Source: Candidatus Krumholzibacteriia bacterium (GTDB taxonomy: Bacteria > Krumholzibacteriota > Krumholzibacteriia > Krumholzibacteriales > Krumholzibacteriaceae). Taken from it: a stretch of DNA of 64,000 nt. The stretch is taken from contig CAWIIQ010000002.1 of assembly GCA_963836185.1 (NCBI GenBank), forward strand, positions 256,001 to 320,000, in the 5' to 3' direction. Made by a program: the position numbers and the translations under genes. Under the pieces are notes generated by a model. It was not told where the DNA came from. It ran no database searches and worked only from the letters and a program-made list of their open reading frames with translations. Below are positions 19,799 through 30,369 of this stretch, one piece after another (position 1 is the first letter of the stretch; every line of letters begins with the position of its first letter).

Positions 19799-21115
19799 TT
19801 GATCCCACGCTATTCGCTTCCCGAGATCGCGGAAATATGGACAGATGAAAACAAGTACGATCTCTGGAAGGAGATCGAGGTCCTCTACTGCGAGGGCCTT
19901 GCCGAGTACGGCCACATACCGAAAAAAGCGGCCCGCGATATCAGAAAGAACGCGGACTACGACATCAAGCGGGTCCTGCGCATAGAAAAGAAGACCCGGC
20001 ACGACGTCATCGCCTTCCTGACAAACATGTCGGAGTACATCGGCGAGCCGGGCAGGTACCTGCACATGGGGATGACGAGCTCCGACCTTCTCGACACGAC
20101 ACTGGCCTGCCAGATGCGCGACGCCGGCATGATCATCCTCGGCAAGCTCAGGAAGCTGCGCACCGTCCTGAAGCGGCAGGCGCTGCGGTATAAAAACGTA
20201 CCGATGGTCGGGCGCTCGCACGGCATCCATGCCGAGCCGATCACGATGGGACTGAAGCTTCTCGTCTGGTACTCTGAGATCGATCGTGACATAGCGCGTC
20301 TCGCCCGGGCGATCGAGGATATCTCGGTCGGCCAGATGACGGGAACTGTCGGCACGATGTCTCACACCGACTATCGGGTCGAGCGTTTCGTGATGAAGAA
20401 GCTCGGCCTGAAAGCGGCGCCGGTCACTACACAGATCATCCAGCGCGACCGCCACGCCCATTACATGTCGACGATCGCCCTGATCGGAGCATCCCTCGAG
20501 AATATGGCCACCGAGATCCGCGCCCTGCAGCGCACCGATATCGCAGAGGCGATGGAGCCGTTCACGAAGGGCCAGAAGGGCTCGAGCGCAATGCCGCACA
20601 AACGCAACCCTATCCTCACCGAGAGGATAGCCGGGATGGCAAGGCTCCTTCGCGGAAACGCGCAGGCGGCCCTGGAGAATGTCACCCTCTGGCACGAGCG
20701 CGACATAAGCCACTCCTCGGTCGAGAGGGTCATCATACCCGACTCGACGATGATACTCGGATATATGCTCGAGAAGTTCACCTGGGTCGTTTCGGGGCTG
20801 CGCATCAACAAAAAGAAGATGCGCGAGAACCTCGAATCCACCGGCGGACTTATATTTTCCCATCCTCTGCTGCTCCTGCTCGTGGGAAAGGGCCTCGCCC
20901 GTGAGGACGCCTACGTGATCATCCAGGCTGCCGCGATGGAGAGCATGGAAGGGAAGAAGAGCTTCCGTGAGTGTCTCGCCGAGGATAAGAGATTTACAGG
21001 TATCGTCTCCGAAGAAGAGCTCGCGGAGGCGTTCGATCTTAAAAGCCATCTGAAGAATGTCGATTTTATATTCAGCAGGGTCCTGTCGAAAAGGGACAGG
21101 CCCGGGAAAGGATAG
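19799..21115 (+). CDS. purB: Adenylosuccinate lyase
   Basis: MIPRYS, RHDVIAF, GRSHGIHAEP, GSSAMPHKRNP. Confidence 0.97.
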   Translation: MIPRYSLPEIAEIWTDENKYDLWKEIEVLYCEGLAEYGHIPKKAARDIRKNADYDIKRVLRIEKKTRHDVIAFLTNMSEYIGEPGRYLHMGMTSSDLLDTTLACQMRDAGMIILGKLRKLRTVLKRQALRYKNVPMVGRSHGIHAEPITMGLKLLVWYSEIDRDIARLARAIEDISVGQMTGTVGTMSHTDYRVERFVMKKLGLKAAPVTTQIIQRDRHAHYMSTIALIGASLENMATEIRALQRTDIAEAMEPFTKGQKGSSAMPHKRNPILTERIAGMARLLRGNAQAALENVTLWHERDISHSSVERVIIPDSTMILGYMLEKFTWVVSGLRINKKKMRENLESTGGLIFSHPLLLLLVGKGLAREDAYVIIQAAAMESMEGKKSFRECLAEDKRFTGIVSEEELAEAFDLKSHLKNVDFIFSRVLSKRDRPGKG

Positions 21116-21121
21116 GCCGAT

Positions 21122-23503
21122 TTGCTGAAAGGCACCATCCAGATCACAGAGAGTGACGACTCCCGCGTGGCGGAGCTGCTGAAGGAGCACGGTTTCAACC
21201 TGACCATAAGCGAGGCGAGGCGCGTCGTCGATCTGCTAGGCCGTGATCCTACTGCCGTCGAGCTTACGATCTTCAACACGATGTGGAGCGAGCACTGCAG
21301 CTATAAGAGCAGCAGGAAGCTCCTCGGTGAACTACTGCCGACAAAGGCCCCGAACGTAGTGATGGGCCCCGGCGAGGATGCCGGCGTGTTCAGGTTCGCC
21401 AAGGCGGAGAACGGCGACTGGCACTGCCTCGTGATAGCGCACGAGAGTCACAACCACCCGTCGCAGGTCCTGCCTGTCGAGGGCGCCGCGACCGGGATCG
21501 GCGGGATCGTCCGCGACGTGTACTGCATGGGCGCTGATGTGATCGGCGTGCTCGATCCCCTGAGATTCGGCGATCCGCAGGGGCCGAACGCCCGCCATGT
21601 CATCTCGATCGCCCGAGGCGTAGTCGACGGCATCGCCCAGTACGGCAATCCTCTCGGAGTGCCGAACCTCGGCGGCGACATAGCGTTCGACGCCGGGTTC
21701 GACGAGAACTGCCTCGTCAACGTGGTCGCCCTCGGAACGGTCATGGAATCGCGGGTGCTGAGAAGCCGCGTCCCGAAAGAAGCAGCGACAGAACCCTACA
21801 AGATAATACTGATAGGCAAACCGACCGACGATTCCGGGTTCGGCGGGGCGGCATTCGCATCCGAGGACCTCGTCGAAGGGGAGGAAGCGAACAGGGGCGC
21901 CGTTCAGGTTCCCGACCCCTTCCTCAAGCGGGTGCTAGCGGTGGCGAACAGGAAGGTCCTCGACCTTGCCGAGGAGCGTGGCATCAAGGTCGGGTTCAAG
22001 GACCTCGGCGCTGGCGGCATCGCCTGCGTTACATCCGAGCTCGCCCACGCCGGCGGCTTCGGAGTGAAGATCGACCTCGACCTTGTCAACGTCGCTTCGG
22101 GGGCTCACTATCCTCCGCCGGTCGTTTCGTGCTCTGAGACGCAGGAGCGTTTCGCGCTCGCCGTTCCGGTCGGGTTCGTCGACGAAGTACTGAAGATATA
22201 CAACGAGGATTTCGAGATGCCCCATCTATACCACGGGGCCGGCGCGTTTGTCGTCGCAGATGTGACCAACGACGAGATCTACACGATCATGAGCGGTGGC
22301 GAGAAGGTCTGCGAGACCCCCGTCGAGACGATAACGACTGGCATCGCGTACGACAGGCCGAAGTCGCCGAGGAAGGTCCTCTTCGAGGAACCGGAGTGGC
22401 AGGATGGACGTTCGCTGCGCGACGATTTCCTGAAGATCTTCGGCTCGCCGAACATCGCCTCGAAGAATTTCGTTTTCAAGCATTACGATTCGGAAGTGCA
22501 GGGCAGAGCCGTCATCAGGCCGGGAGAGGCTGACGCGGGCGTGATAGCGCCGGTCGCCGGCAACCCGGTCGGGGTCGCGGTGGCGGTCGACGGCAACCCG
22601 TGGTACGGGATGATCGATCCGTACCAGGGAGGCGCGCTGGCCGTCTGTGAATCGGCCCGAAACGTCGCGACTGTCGGCGGAGTGCCGTCGGCGATCACCG
22701 ACTGCCTCAACTACGGGAACCCTGAGATCGAAGAGGTCTTCTGGGAGTTCTACGAGGGGATCCGCGGAGTAGGCGAAGCCTGCAGCGGTATCGGTCTGCT
22801 CTCGCACGAGGGAAGCCATCCGATACCCGTCGTCTCGGGCAACGTCAGCTTCTACAACCAGGGTGAGAGCGGCAAGGCGATACCGCCGTCGCCGATCATC
22901 TGTACGGTAGGAGTAGTCGAGGATTACTCGAAGAGCCGCTCGATAACATTCAAGGAAGAGGGTAACGAGATATTCCTCATCGGCGAGCCGCTCGACGAGC
23001 TCGGTGGCAGCGAATATTACAGGACGATATACGGCACGCTCGGCGGTAATGTCCCCGAGGCTGATTTCCCCCGCGAGCGTGGACAGATAAGGACGATCCT
23101 CGATCTTCACTCGCACGGCTGGATCAGGTCGTGCCACGACACGGGACAGGGAGGGCTGCTCACGGCGCTCGCCGAGATGGCTATCGGCGGTAACGGCGCC
23201 GGCAGGCTCGGACTGGCCGTCGATATCGACGAGTTCGACGGGACCAGGCTTCCGCCGGAGAAGGTCCTCTTCTCCGAGACGGGATGCTTCGTCATCGAGC
23301 TGCCGCCCGGCAACGAGCGTGAGCTTCTTGCCATATGCGCCCGCAACAGGGTCAAACTGCACAAGCTGGGCACGCTGAAGGCGTCCCCGAAGCTCGAGAT
23401 CGTCGCTGACGGAAAGGCGATCGCTTCGTGGGATCTCGGCGAGCTGGAAGATATATACATGACCGGGTGCCGCTCGATATTCGGCATCGAGAAAGGAGAG
23501 TAA
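21122..23503 (+). CDS. purL: Phosphoribosylformylglycinamidine synthase, small PurL
   Basis: MWSEHCSYKSS, ESHNHPS, GAATGIGGIVRD, DLGAGG, SETQER. Confidence 0.97.
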   Translation: MLKGTIQITESDDSRVAELLKEHGFNLTISEARRVVDLLGRDPTAVELTIFNTMWSEHCSYKSSRKLLGELLPTKAPNVVMGPGEDAGVFRFAKAENGDWHCLVIAHESHNHPSQVLPVEGAATGIGGIVRDVYCMGADVIGVLDPLRFGDPQGPNARHVISIARGVVDGIAQYGNPLGVPNLGGDIAFDAGFDENCLVNVVALGTVMESRVLRSRVPKEAATEPYKIILIGKPTDDSGFGGAAFASEDLVEGEEANRGAVQVPDPFLKRVLAVANRKVLDLAEERGIKVGFKDLGAGGIACVTSELAHAGGFGVKIDLDLVNVASGAHYPPPVVSCSETQERFALAVPVGFVDEVLKIYNEDFEMPHLYHGAGAFVVADVTNDEIYTIMSGGEKVCETPVETITTGIAYDRPKSPRKVLFEEPEWQDGRSLRDDFLKIFGSPNIASKNFVFKHYDSEVQGRAVIRPGEADAGVIAPVAGNPVGVAVAVDGNPWYGMIDPYQGGALAVCESARNVATVGGVPSAITDCLNYGNPEIEEVFWEFYEGIRGVGEACSGIGLLSHEGSHPIPVVSGNVSFYNQGESGKAIPPSPIICTVGVVEDYSKSRSITFKEEGNEIFLIGEPLDELGGSEYYRTIYGTLGGNVPEADFPRERGQIRTILDLHSHGWIRSCHDTGQGGLLTALAEMAIGGNGAGRLGLAVDIDEFDGTRLPPEKVLFSETGCFVIELPPGNERELLAICARNRVKLHKLGTLKASPKLEIVADGKAIASWDLGELEDIYMTGCRSIFGIEKGE

Positions 23504-24337
23504 GTGGCCAGATCCTTCTCAGGCAAGGTTGCTATAATCCAGTTTCCCGGCGTGAACTGTGAGTACGAGACGGCTGACGCGGTGAGGTCAGTCGGGCTCG
23601 GCGCGGACATTCTGCGCTGGAACGAAGATTCCGCGCTGCTCGACGATGCTATAGGCATGATCGTCCCTGGCGGATTCTCGTACCAGGACAGGATCCGGGC
23701 CGGAGTGGTCTCGGCGAAGGACCATATAATGGACAAGCTCAGCGAGCTTGCCGCGGCCGGGCGTCCTATCATGGGGATCTGCAACGGCGCGCAGGTGCTC
23801 GTCGAGTCGGGATTCATCCCCGGTATCCACTGGGAGAGGGTCGACCTCGCTCTCGCGCCCAACGTGATGGAAGACAGGGACGGTTACTACTGCACCTGGA
23901 CATACCTGCTGCGAGGCGGGACGGACTGCGTATGGACATCGGCGATCGGGAACGAGGAAATCGTTCCCGTGCCGATCGCCCACGCCGAAGGGCGGTTCAC
24001 CACAGACGACAGCGATGTCCTCGATGAGATGAATAAGAACGGGCAGATCGTCCTGCGTTACTGCACGCAGGCGGGAAAGGTAGACCCGTCGTTCCCCGTA
24101 AATCCTAACGGATCGCTCGAGAACATGGCGGGTGTCTGCAACCGCGAGGGAAACGTCCTCGCGATCATGCCGCACCCCGAGAGAGCCTCATGGCTCCGCC
24201 AGGTGCCCGAGGATCTGGGCGGTGGATGGGGGACGAAGAGAAAGAGGGCCGCGGGCGACTCCGGAAAGATGGAGGCGGCCGGCCCGGGACGTGTATTTTT
24301 CGAATCACTGAAGAGATGGAAGGAGGGCGGCGCATGA
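23504..24337 (+). CDS. purQ: FGAM synthase glutaminase subunit
   Basis: FPGVNC, PGGFSYQD, GICNGAQ, AHAEG, MPHPER. Confidence 0.96.
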   Translation: MARSFSGKVAIIQFPGVNCEYETADAVRSVGLGADILRWNEDSALLDDAIGMIVPGGFSYQDRIRAGVVSAKDHIMDKLSELAAAGRPIMGICNGAQVLVESGFIPGIHWERVDLALAPNVMEDRDGYYCTWTYLLRGGTDCVWTSAIGNEEIVPVPIAHAEGRFTTDDSDVLDEMNKNGQIVLRYCTQAGKVDPSFPVNPNGSLENMAGVCNREGNVLAIMPHPERASWLRQVPEDLGGGWGTKRKRAAGDSGKMEAAGPGRVFFESLKRWKEGGA

Positions 24338-24927
24338 AGATCGAAGCGAGATTGTGGGTCAGGCTGAAAACAATCGATCTCGTCGCCCAGACAGCGCGGA
24401 TGACGCTGGCAGACAAGATGGGTTTCGCCGATGACCTCTGCGGTATGTTGAGGTACTCGTACTGGGCCATGGAGGCCGAGGGGGAGAGCGCCCGGGTGGT
24501 AAGCGAGGCGATCGACCGTGAGATCCGGATGGACAGCGCGTTCACCAATCAGAACAAGCATCTCTACAGCCTCGTCGTTTCAGGCGGGGACGGGGCCGCT
24601 ACGGGCGACCTCAGTATCGACAGGGATTATCCCCGCGTGGAATGCGGGGGAAGGATATTCGCCTGTGACCTGTTCGTGTCGGAACAGGGAGGCGGGAAGG
24701 ATGAAGGGTACGCGTCGAGGCTCAACGCGAGACTCGACGGCGCTAAAGTCACCGGAATGAAGTCAGGCGAGGTCTGGCGTATCCTCGTAAGGGCGGAAGA
24801 CGCGGAGGAGGCCGCCCGAAAGGTCGAGGAAATGGCGGTGACGAGAACGCGTAAGCACGGACTCCTTCTCAATCCTCATTACCAGGCGTTCGAGTTTTTA
24901 GGTACGGCCGAGATAGACGGCCAGTAA
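24334..24927 (+). CDS. purS: Double-length PurS-like protein (197 aa)
   Basis: Sits between purQ and purF, with an ATGA overlap on purQ. Two PurS-like halves (LWVRLKTID...FTNQNKHLY; LFVSEQ...LLLNPHYQAFEF). Confidence 0.6.
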   Translation: MKIEARLWVRLKTIDLVAQTARMTLADKMGFADDLCGMLRYSYWAMEAEGESARVVSEAIDREIRMDSAFTNQNKHLYSLVVSGGDGAATGDLSIDRDYPRVECGGRIFACDLFVSEQGGGKDEGYASRLNARLDGAKVTGMKSGEVWRILVRAEDAEEAARKVEEMAVTRTRKHGLLLNPHYQAFEFLGTAEIDGQ

Positions 24928-24937
24928 GGAGTGCCCC

Positions 24938-26368
24938 TTGGGCCTCAAGGATGAATGCGCTGTATTCGGGATCTACGGCAGCGAGCAGGCGGCCCTGATG
25001 ACCTACCTCGGCCTTTACTCACTCCAGCACAGGGGGCAGGAGAGCTCGGGGATCATCTCGTCCGACGGCGGAAAGCTGTACGAGCACAAGGCTATGGGGC
25101 TTGTCTCCAAGGTATTTGACAAGGAGACGCTCGACAGGCTTACCGGCCACCTGGCGATCGGCCACAACCGGTACTCGACTACCGGCGGCTCCAGCGTCGT
25201 CAACATCCAGCCCTTCATGGTCGACTGCAAGATCGGCAAGATCGCGGTGGCTCATAACGGCAATCTCGTTAACGCGGTCGAGCTGCGTAACGAGATGGAA
25301 GAGGACGGGTCGATCTTCCGCAGCACGATGGACAGCGAGGTGCTGCTCCACCTGATCGCGCGCAGCAAGGCGGAGACGGTCGAGGAGATGGTGATCGAGG
25401 CGCTCCGGCAGGTACGCGGCGCATTCTCGCTCATCTTCATGCTGAAGGACAGGATCATCGCGGCCCGCGACCCTCACAGCTTCAGGCCCCTTTCGCTCGG
25501 CCGCGACGGTGACACCTGGATCGTAGCCTCGGAGAGCTGCGCGTTCGATCTTATAGGCGCGGAGTATGTGAGAGAGATCGAACCGGGCGAGGTCCTTGTC
25601 ATCGACGGGCGAGAGCCGAGGTCGATGAAGTTCGCCGAGCCAGCGAGCAATCTCTCGAGGTGCATCTTCGAATTCATCTACTTCTCGAGGCCCGACAGCA
25701 GGGTGTTCGGCGAGAACGTCGACAAGGTCCGCCGCAAGCTCGGCCGCAAGCTTGCCGAGGAAGCGCCGGCCCCGGCCGATATCGTGATATCGGTGCCCGA
25801 CTCGAGCAACACTATCGCCCTTGGATTCAGCGAGGGCTCGGGGCTCAAGTTTGAACTCGGACTCATCAGGAACCACTATGTAGGACGCACGTTCATCCAG
25901 CCGAGGCAGGACGAGCGCGACTGGGACGTGCGAATCAAGTTCAACCCGGTGCGCGGTATCCTCGAGGGACGCAGCATCGTTGTCGTGGACGACTCGATCG
26001 TCCGCGGCTCGACGATGCGCAAGCTTGTCTCGATGATAAGGGGCGCCGGCGCCGAACAGGTCCATCTCAGGATAGGCTCTCCCGCGATAACGCATTCGTG
26101 TTACTACGGGATCGACACGCCCACGCGCGGAGAGCTCATCGCCTCCTCCCACAACGTCGAAGAGATAAGACAGTACCTCGGAGTGGACAGCCTTCACTAT
26201 CTGTCACGCGAGGGTCTTCTCTCATGTGTCGACGACCCGGAAAACTACTGTACCGCCTGCTTCTGCGGGGACTATCCAGTCGAGCGCAAGGGCAACTACA
26301 GTAAGCACGTCTTCGATGAGAAGACCGGCGGGGTATGGGACCCGGAGGCGAAAGAGAACAAATGCTGA
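24938..26368 (+). CDS. purF: Amidophosphoribosyltransferase (Fe-S, propeptide type)
   Basis: LKDECAVFG, LQHRGQE, GHNRYST, VVVDDSIVRGST, YCTACF. Confidence 0.97.
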   Translation: MGLKDECAVFGIYGSEQAALMTYLGLYSLQHRGQESSGIISSDGGKLYEHKAMGLVSKVFDKETLDRLTGHLAIGHNRYSTTGGSSVVNIQPFMVDCKIGKIAVAHNGNLVNAVELRNEMEEDGSIFRSTMDSEVLLHLIARSKAETVEEMVIEALRQVRGAFSLIFMLKDRIIAARDPHSFRPLSLGRDGDTWIVASESCAFDLIGAEYVREIEPGEVLVIDGREPRSMKFAEPASNLSRCIFEFIYFSRPDSRVFGENVDKVRRKLGRKLAEEAPAPADIVISVPDSSNTIALGFSEGSGLKFELGLIRNHYVGRTFIQPRQDERDWDVRIKFNPVRGILEGRSIVVVDDSIVRGSTMRKLVSMIRGAGAEQVHLRIGSPAITHSCYYGIDTPTRGELIASSHNVEEIRQYLGVDSLHYLSREGLLSCVDDPENYCTACFCGDYPVERKGNYSKHVFDEKTGGVWDPEAKENKC

Positions 26369-27756
26369 GAAGACCGTCTTTCTCCGACATAAACGACGTG
26401 CTCGAGTCTTCCGTCTCGAAAGGGGCCGGGTTTGCCGAGCTCTTCTTCGAGTCTACCGGTGTGCGTTCGATAGAATGTGTCGACGGCCGCGTCGAGCGGA
26501 TATCGAGCGGAACGGACACCGGCTTCGGCCTCAGGCTTATCTCAGGCGACACGGCCGCGTACGGATTCTCGAGCATCCTCACGAGAGATGAGATGATGCG
26601 GGTCTCAGGCGCGGTGCTGAACGATCTCGGCTCCGGTGATGGAGGCCGGTTCACGGCGCCGGCCGATCCTGGAGGGCCGGGGGATGCCGGCGCGGATGAT
26701 CTTTCCGGCGATGGGGCTCTCGAAGCGAAGGCCAGCCTGGTCCGCGCCGCCGACAGGGCGGCAAGGTCGGCGGGCGCCGAGATCACACAGGTCAAGGTCC
26801 GCTACGGGGACAGCCTCAGGCGGATATCCGTATTCAACAGCGAAGGCGTTTCAGCGGAGGATGCGAGGCCGCAGGTGGTCATGAGCATCAGGGCGATCTC
26901 GTCGGACGGGAATATCCTCCAGACCGGGATCAGGTCGACAGGCGGCCAGTACGGGCTCGACACCCTTTGTGCGCCAAAGGTGGAAGAACTGGCGCACGAG
27001 GCTGGAGAGAGCGCTATAAGGATGCTGCACGCACCCCACGCTCCCGCCGGCAGGATGACCGTCGTGCTTTCGGGACAGGCCGGCGGAACGATGATCCATG
27101 AGGCTATCGGGCACGGACTAGAGGGCGACGCTGTCTTCAAGGGCCTTTCGATATACAGCGGCAGACTCGGAGAGAAGATCGCCTCGGAGCTTGTCAGCGT
27201 CATAGATGACGCGACACTCGACGGGAAGAGAGGCTCGTACCGGGTCGACGACGAGGGGACTCCGTCCGGGAGGACCGTCGCCGTGGAGAACGGAGTGCTG
27301 AAAGGGTTCCTTCTCGACCGCAGGTCGGCAATGAAGCTGTCGATGGAGCCCACGGGGAACGGCCGCCGTGAGAATTTCCGCTACAGGCCGATCGTGCGGA
27401 TGAGCAACACGATGATCGGGCCCGGCGAGCATGATCCGGAAGAGATCATAGCGAGCGTGGAGCGCGGGCTCTTCGTCGTCCGCATGGGGGGCGGACAGGT
27501 CGATACATCGAGCGGCGACTTTGTCTTCAAGGTAAGCGAGGCCTGGATGATCGAAGAGGGCAGGATCGCAGGTCCGGTCCGCGGCGCGACGCTGATCGGC
27601 AACGGTCCCGCCGTTCTCGAGCAGATAGACATGGTCGGCAACGATCCCGGCTTCGACATAGGCACATGCGGCAAGGACGGGCAGCACGTTCCCGTCTCTG
27701 ACGCGCAGCCTACGATCCGGATACCGGCGATCACGGTGGGAGGAGAGGTCGGCTGA
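26362..27756 (+). CDS. tldD: TldD family metalloprotease
   Basis: IHEAIGHGLEGD, PTGNGRR, RMSNT, GTCGKDGQHVPV. Confidence 0.92.
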   Translation: MLRRPSFSDINDVLESSVSKGAGFAELFFESTGVRSIECVDGRVERISSGTDTGFGLRLISGDTAAYGFSSILTRDEMMRVSGAVLNDLGSGDGGRFTAPADPGGPGDAGADDLSGDGALEAKASLVRAADRAARSAGAEITQVKVRYGDSLRRISVFNSEGVSAEDARPQVVMSIRAISSDGNILQTGIRSTGGQYGLDTLCAPKVEELAHEAGESAIRMLHAPHAPAGRMTVVLSGQAGGTMIHEAIGHGLEGDAVFKGLSIYSGRLGEKIASELVSVIDDATLDGKRGSYRVDDEGTPSGRTVAVENGVLKGFLLDRRSAMKLSMEPTGNGRRENFRYRPIVRMSNTMIGPGEHDPEEIIASVERGLFVVRMGGGQVDTSSGDFVFKVSEAWMIEEGRIAGPVRGATLIGNGPAVLEQIDMVGNDPGFDIGTCGKDGQHVPVSDAQPTIRIPAITVGGEVG

Positions 27757-30368
27757 TGAGCGGCTCACTGTCATACGGCTGCGACGCGTACTACGACGGG
27801 ATACTTCCCCGCGTGGAGAAGCCGTCGCGGTATATAGACCGCGAGCTCAACCTTTCCTCAAAGGGATTCCTCGAAGAGGGCTATAACGTCCTGCTCGTCT
27901 TTCCCGACGTCTACGAGATCGGGATGTCGCACCAGGGGCTCAGATTCCTCTACCATGCGCTGAGCAGAGACGAGGGGGTCGGTGTCGAGTTCGCCTTCGC
28001 CCCGTGGCCCGACATGGAAGAGGGGATAAGGGAGGCAGGCGAGCAGCTCAGGTCGTGGCAGACAGGGACGCCCGCGTCGCGGTTCGATATGATCGGCATC
28101 ACACTTCCCTATGAGCTTCACTACACGAACGCCCTTTCGATAATGGACCTCGCGGGGCTCCCCGTGACGGCGGCCGAAAGAGAAGACAGCCACCCCCTCG
28201 TAGTGGCCGGCGGGCCGTGCGTCTCCAATCCACTCCCCGTTATCGGCGCATTCGACGCCTTTTTTATCGGCGACGGCGAGGAATCGCTCGTCGAGGCGGT
28301 AGGCGCCCTGAAAGCCGCCGGCCGAGGCGCCGCGAGAAGACAGAGACTCGAGATACTTGCCGGCATCGACGGCGTCTATGTCGACGGCATCAGCGAGACT
28401 GTATCAGCGAGGACCTACCTGCTCGGGCCGGAGAACCTGCCGACTGCCCCGATCGTTCCCTCCGGCCAGGTCGTGCACGACAGGCTGGCCGTAGAGGTGA
28501 TGAGGGGATGCACCCGCGGTTGCAGATTCTGCCACGCGGGGATGACCTACAGGCCGAGAAGGGAACGCAAAGTCGGCGATATCGTCCGTGCCGTCGCGGA
28601 AGGGCTCGACAATACGGGATGGGAGGAGGTTTCGCTCCTCTCACTGTCGACGTCGGACTACTCGAGGCTCGAGGAGCTTCTCGAGCGGCTCGCCCCGGAG
28701 CTCTCGAAGCGCCACGTCTCTCTGGCCCTTCCGAGCCTCAGGCCGGAGACTGTGACCGACAGGATAATAGAGGCGACTGCAGCAGTCAGGAAATCGGGAT
28801 TCACGATCGCCCCCGAGGCGGGCACCGAACGTCTGCGCGCGGCGATCAATAAGGATATGAGCGATGAGGATATCCTCGATGGATGCGCGAGGATACTCGA
28901 AGCCGGCTGGCAAAACCTGAAGCTCTACTTCATGATCGGCCTGCCGACAGAGACGGACGAGGATCTCGACGGGATAGTGACGCTGATCGAGCGGATCATG
29001 GGGATGCGAGCGGCGAAGGGACGGTTCAGGCTCGGAGTTACGATCTCGCCCTACGTGCCCAAGGCCCACACCCCCTTCCAGTGGGAGAGGCAGTGCTCCA
29101 TGGATGAGATCGCCGAGAAGGAGAAGTATCTCTCCCGCCGCATAAGGAACAGGAAGGTCGATCTGGGGCTTCGCGAGCCTCGCGTCAGCGCCCTCGAGGG
29201 TGTGCTGGCCAGGGGCGGCCGTGAGGTATGGCCCATCGTGCTCGATGCCTGGCGGGCGGGATGCCGCTTCGACAGCTGGCGCGATATGCTGAGGTTCGAT
29301 CTCTGGGAAAAGGCTATCGAGAGACACGGTACCAGTATCGACAGACTCCTTGCGGGATTCGACCCCGGCGAGCCGCTGCCGTGGGAGGCGTTCACCGTCA
29401 AGGTGTCGAAGCGTTTCCTCCTTCGCGAGAGGGAGAGGGCCGTCAATTCCGAACCGACGCCCGACTGCCGCAGCGGCACATGTGGAGGATGCGGTGCCTG
29501 CTCTGGCGATGAAGAGAGAAAGGCAGGATTCGCTCCCGCCGACAGCGATGCCGTCTCTCTGGAGGAAGACAGGTATGAGCACGGGACAGAGAACGAGCAA
29601 GAGCAGATAAGGTACCGTTTCAACTACCGGAAAACGGGCAGGGCAAGGTTCCTCTCGCACAGGGAGATAACAAACATCATCACCAGGGCGCTGCGAAGGA
29701 GCGGGCTGCCCCTGAGGTTCAGCGCCGGGTTCCACCCCCACGCGAAGATGTCGCTCGGCCCCGCGCTTGCAGTCGGTACGGCCGGTGAGATGGAGTTCTT
29801 TGACATCGAGTTCACGAGGGACGACGACTTTACCTTCCGCGCGTTCGATGGTCTGATGCCGCCGGGGATCGAGGTAACGGCGAGCGCCGGCCCGTTTAAC
29901 AGGGCAGGGGGAAAGCTCCCCGAAGAATCGGTGATGGAGTACGAGATCGATCCCGGGCCGGCAGTCTGCTTTCCGGGAAAAAAAGCTTCCACGGAAGAAA
30001 ATTTGTCGACGGATGGCGATGTGTGGTATCGTTCCGGCGAACGTTCCGGGGGAGATCCTTTCGCTGAGGCGGCAAGGTACCTCGAGGACAGATGGTCCTC
30101 GCTCTTTTCAGCGGGCACCGAGGTGACCGACCGCAGGGGAAGGCCGAGGTCGCCCCGCGGATGTTCAGTGCGCGGGAACGGAGCGGATAACAGGCTCATC
30201 CTGCGCATAGAGTCCGGTCCGGAGAGTGCTCCGGGACCGGTCGACCTGCTGCGTGCCGTGATGCCGGAGGCGGCTGCCCGGCTCGTAGTGATAAAAAGGA
30301 CAGGAATTTATTACAGGCAGGGTGATTCCCTGCTCGAACCACTGGATTTAATTACAGGAAATATTTGA
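27756..30368 (+). CDS. TIGR03960-type radical SAM protein fused to a TIGR03936/DUF2344 domain
   Basis: VEKPSRY, FPDVYEIGMSH, RGCTRGCRFCHAG, CRSGTCGGCGAC, then KTGRARFLSH...FSAGFHPHAKMSLGPAL. Confidence 0.92.
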   Translation: MSGSLSYGCDAYYDGILPRVEKPSRYIDRELNLSSKGFLEEGYNVLLVFPDVYEIGMSHQGLRFLYHALSRDEGVGVEFAFAPWPDMEEGIREAGEQLRSWQTGTPASRFDMIGITLPYELHYTNALSIMDLAGLPVTAAEREDSHPLVVAGGPCVSNPLPVIGAFDAFFIGDGEESLVEAVGALKAAGRGAARRQRLEILAGIDGVYVDGISETVSARTYLLGPENLPTAPIVPSGQVVHDRLAVEVMRGCTRGCRFCHAGMTYRPRRERKVGDIVRAVAEGLDNTGWEEVSLLSLSTSDYSRLEELLERLAPELSKRHVSLALPSLRPETVTDRIIEATAAVRKSGFTIAPEAGTERLRAAINKDMSDEDILDGCARILEAGWQNLKLYFMIGLPTETDEDLDGIVTLIERIMGMRAAKGRFRLGVTISPYVPKAHTPFQWERQCSMDEIAEKEKYLSRRIRNRKVDLGLREPRVSALEGVLARGGREVWPIVLDAWRAGCRFDSWRDMLRFDLWEKAIERHGTSIDRLLAGFDPGEPLPWEAFTVKVSKRFLLRERERAVNSEPTPDCRSGTCGGCGACSGDEERKAGFAPADSDAVSLEEDRYEHGTENEQEQIRYRFNYRKTGRARFLSHREITNIITRALRRSGLPLRFSAGFHPHAKMSLGPALAVGTAGEMEFFDIEFTRDDDFTFRAFDGLMPPGIEVTASAGPFNRAGGKLPEESVMEYEIDPGPAVCFPGKKASTEENLSTDGDVWYRSGERSGGDPFAEAARYLEDRWSSLFSAGTEVTDRRGRPRSPRGCSVRGNGADNRLILRIESGPESAPGPVDLLRAVMPEAAARLVVIKRTGIYYRQGDSLLEPLDLITGNI

Positions 30369-30369
30369 A

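Noticed and set aside
26362-30368. RiPP cluster (TldD plus radical SAM)
   Set aside because: There is no precursor peptide or SPASM/RRE domain, and this radical SAM family is a common neighbour of rne.
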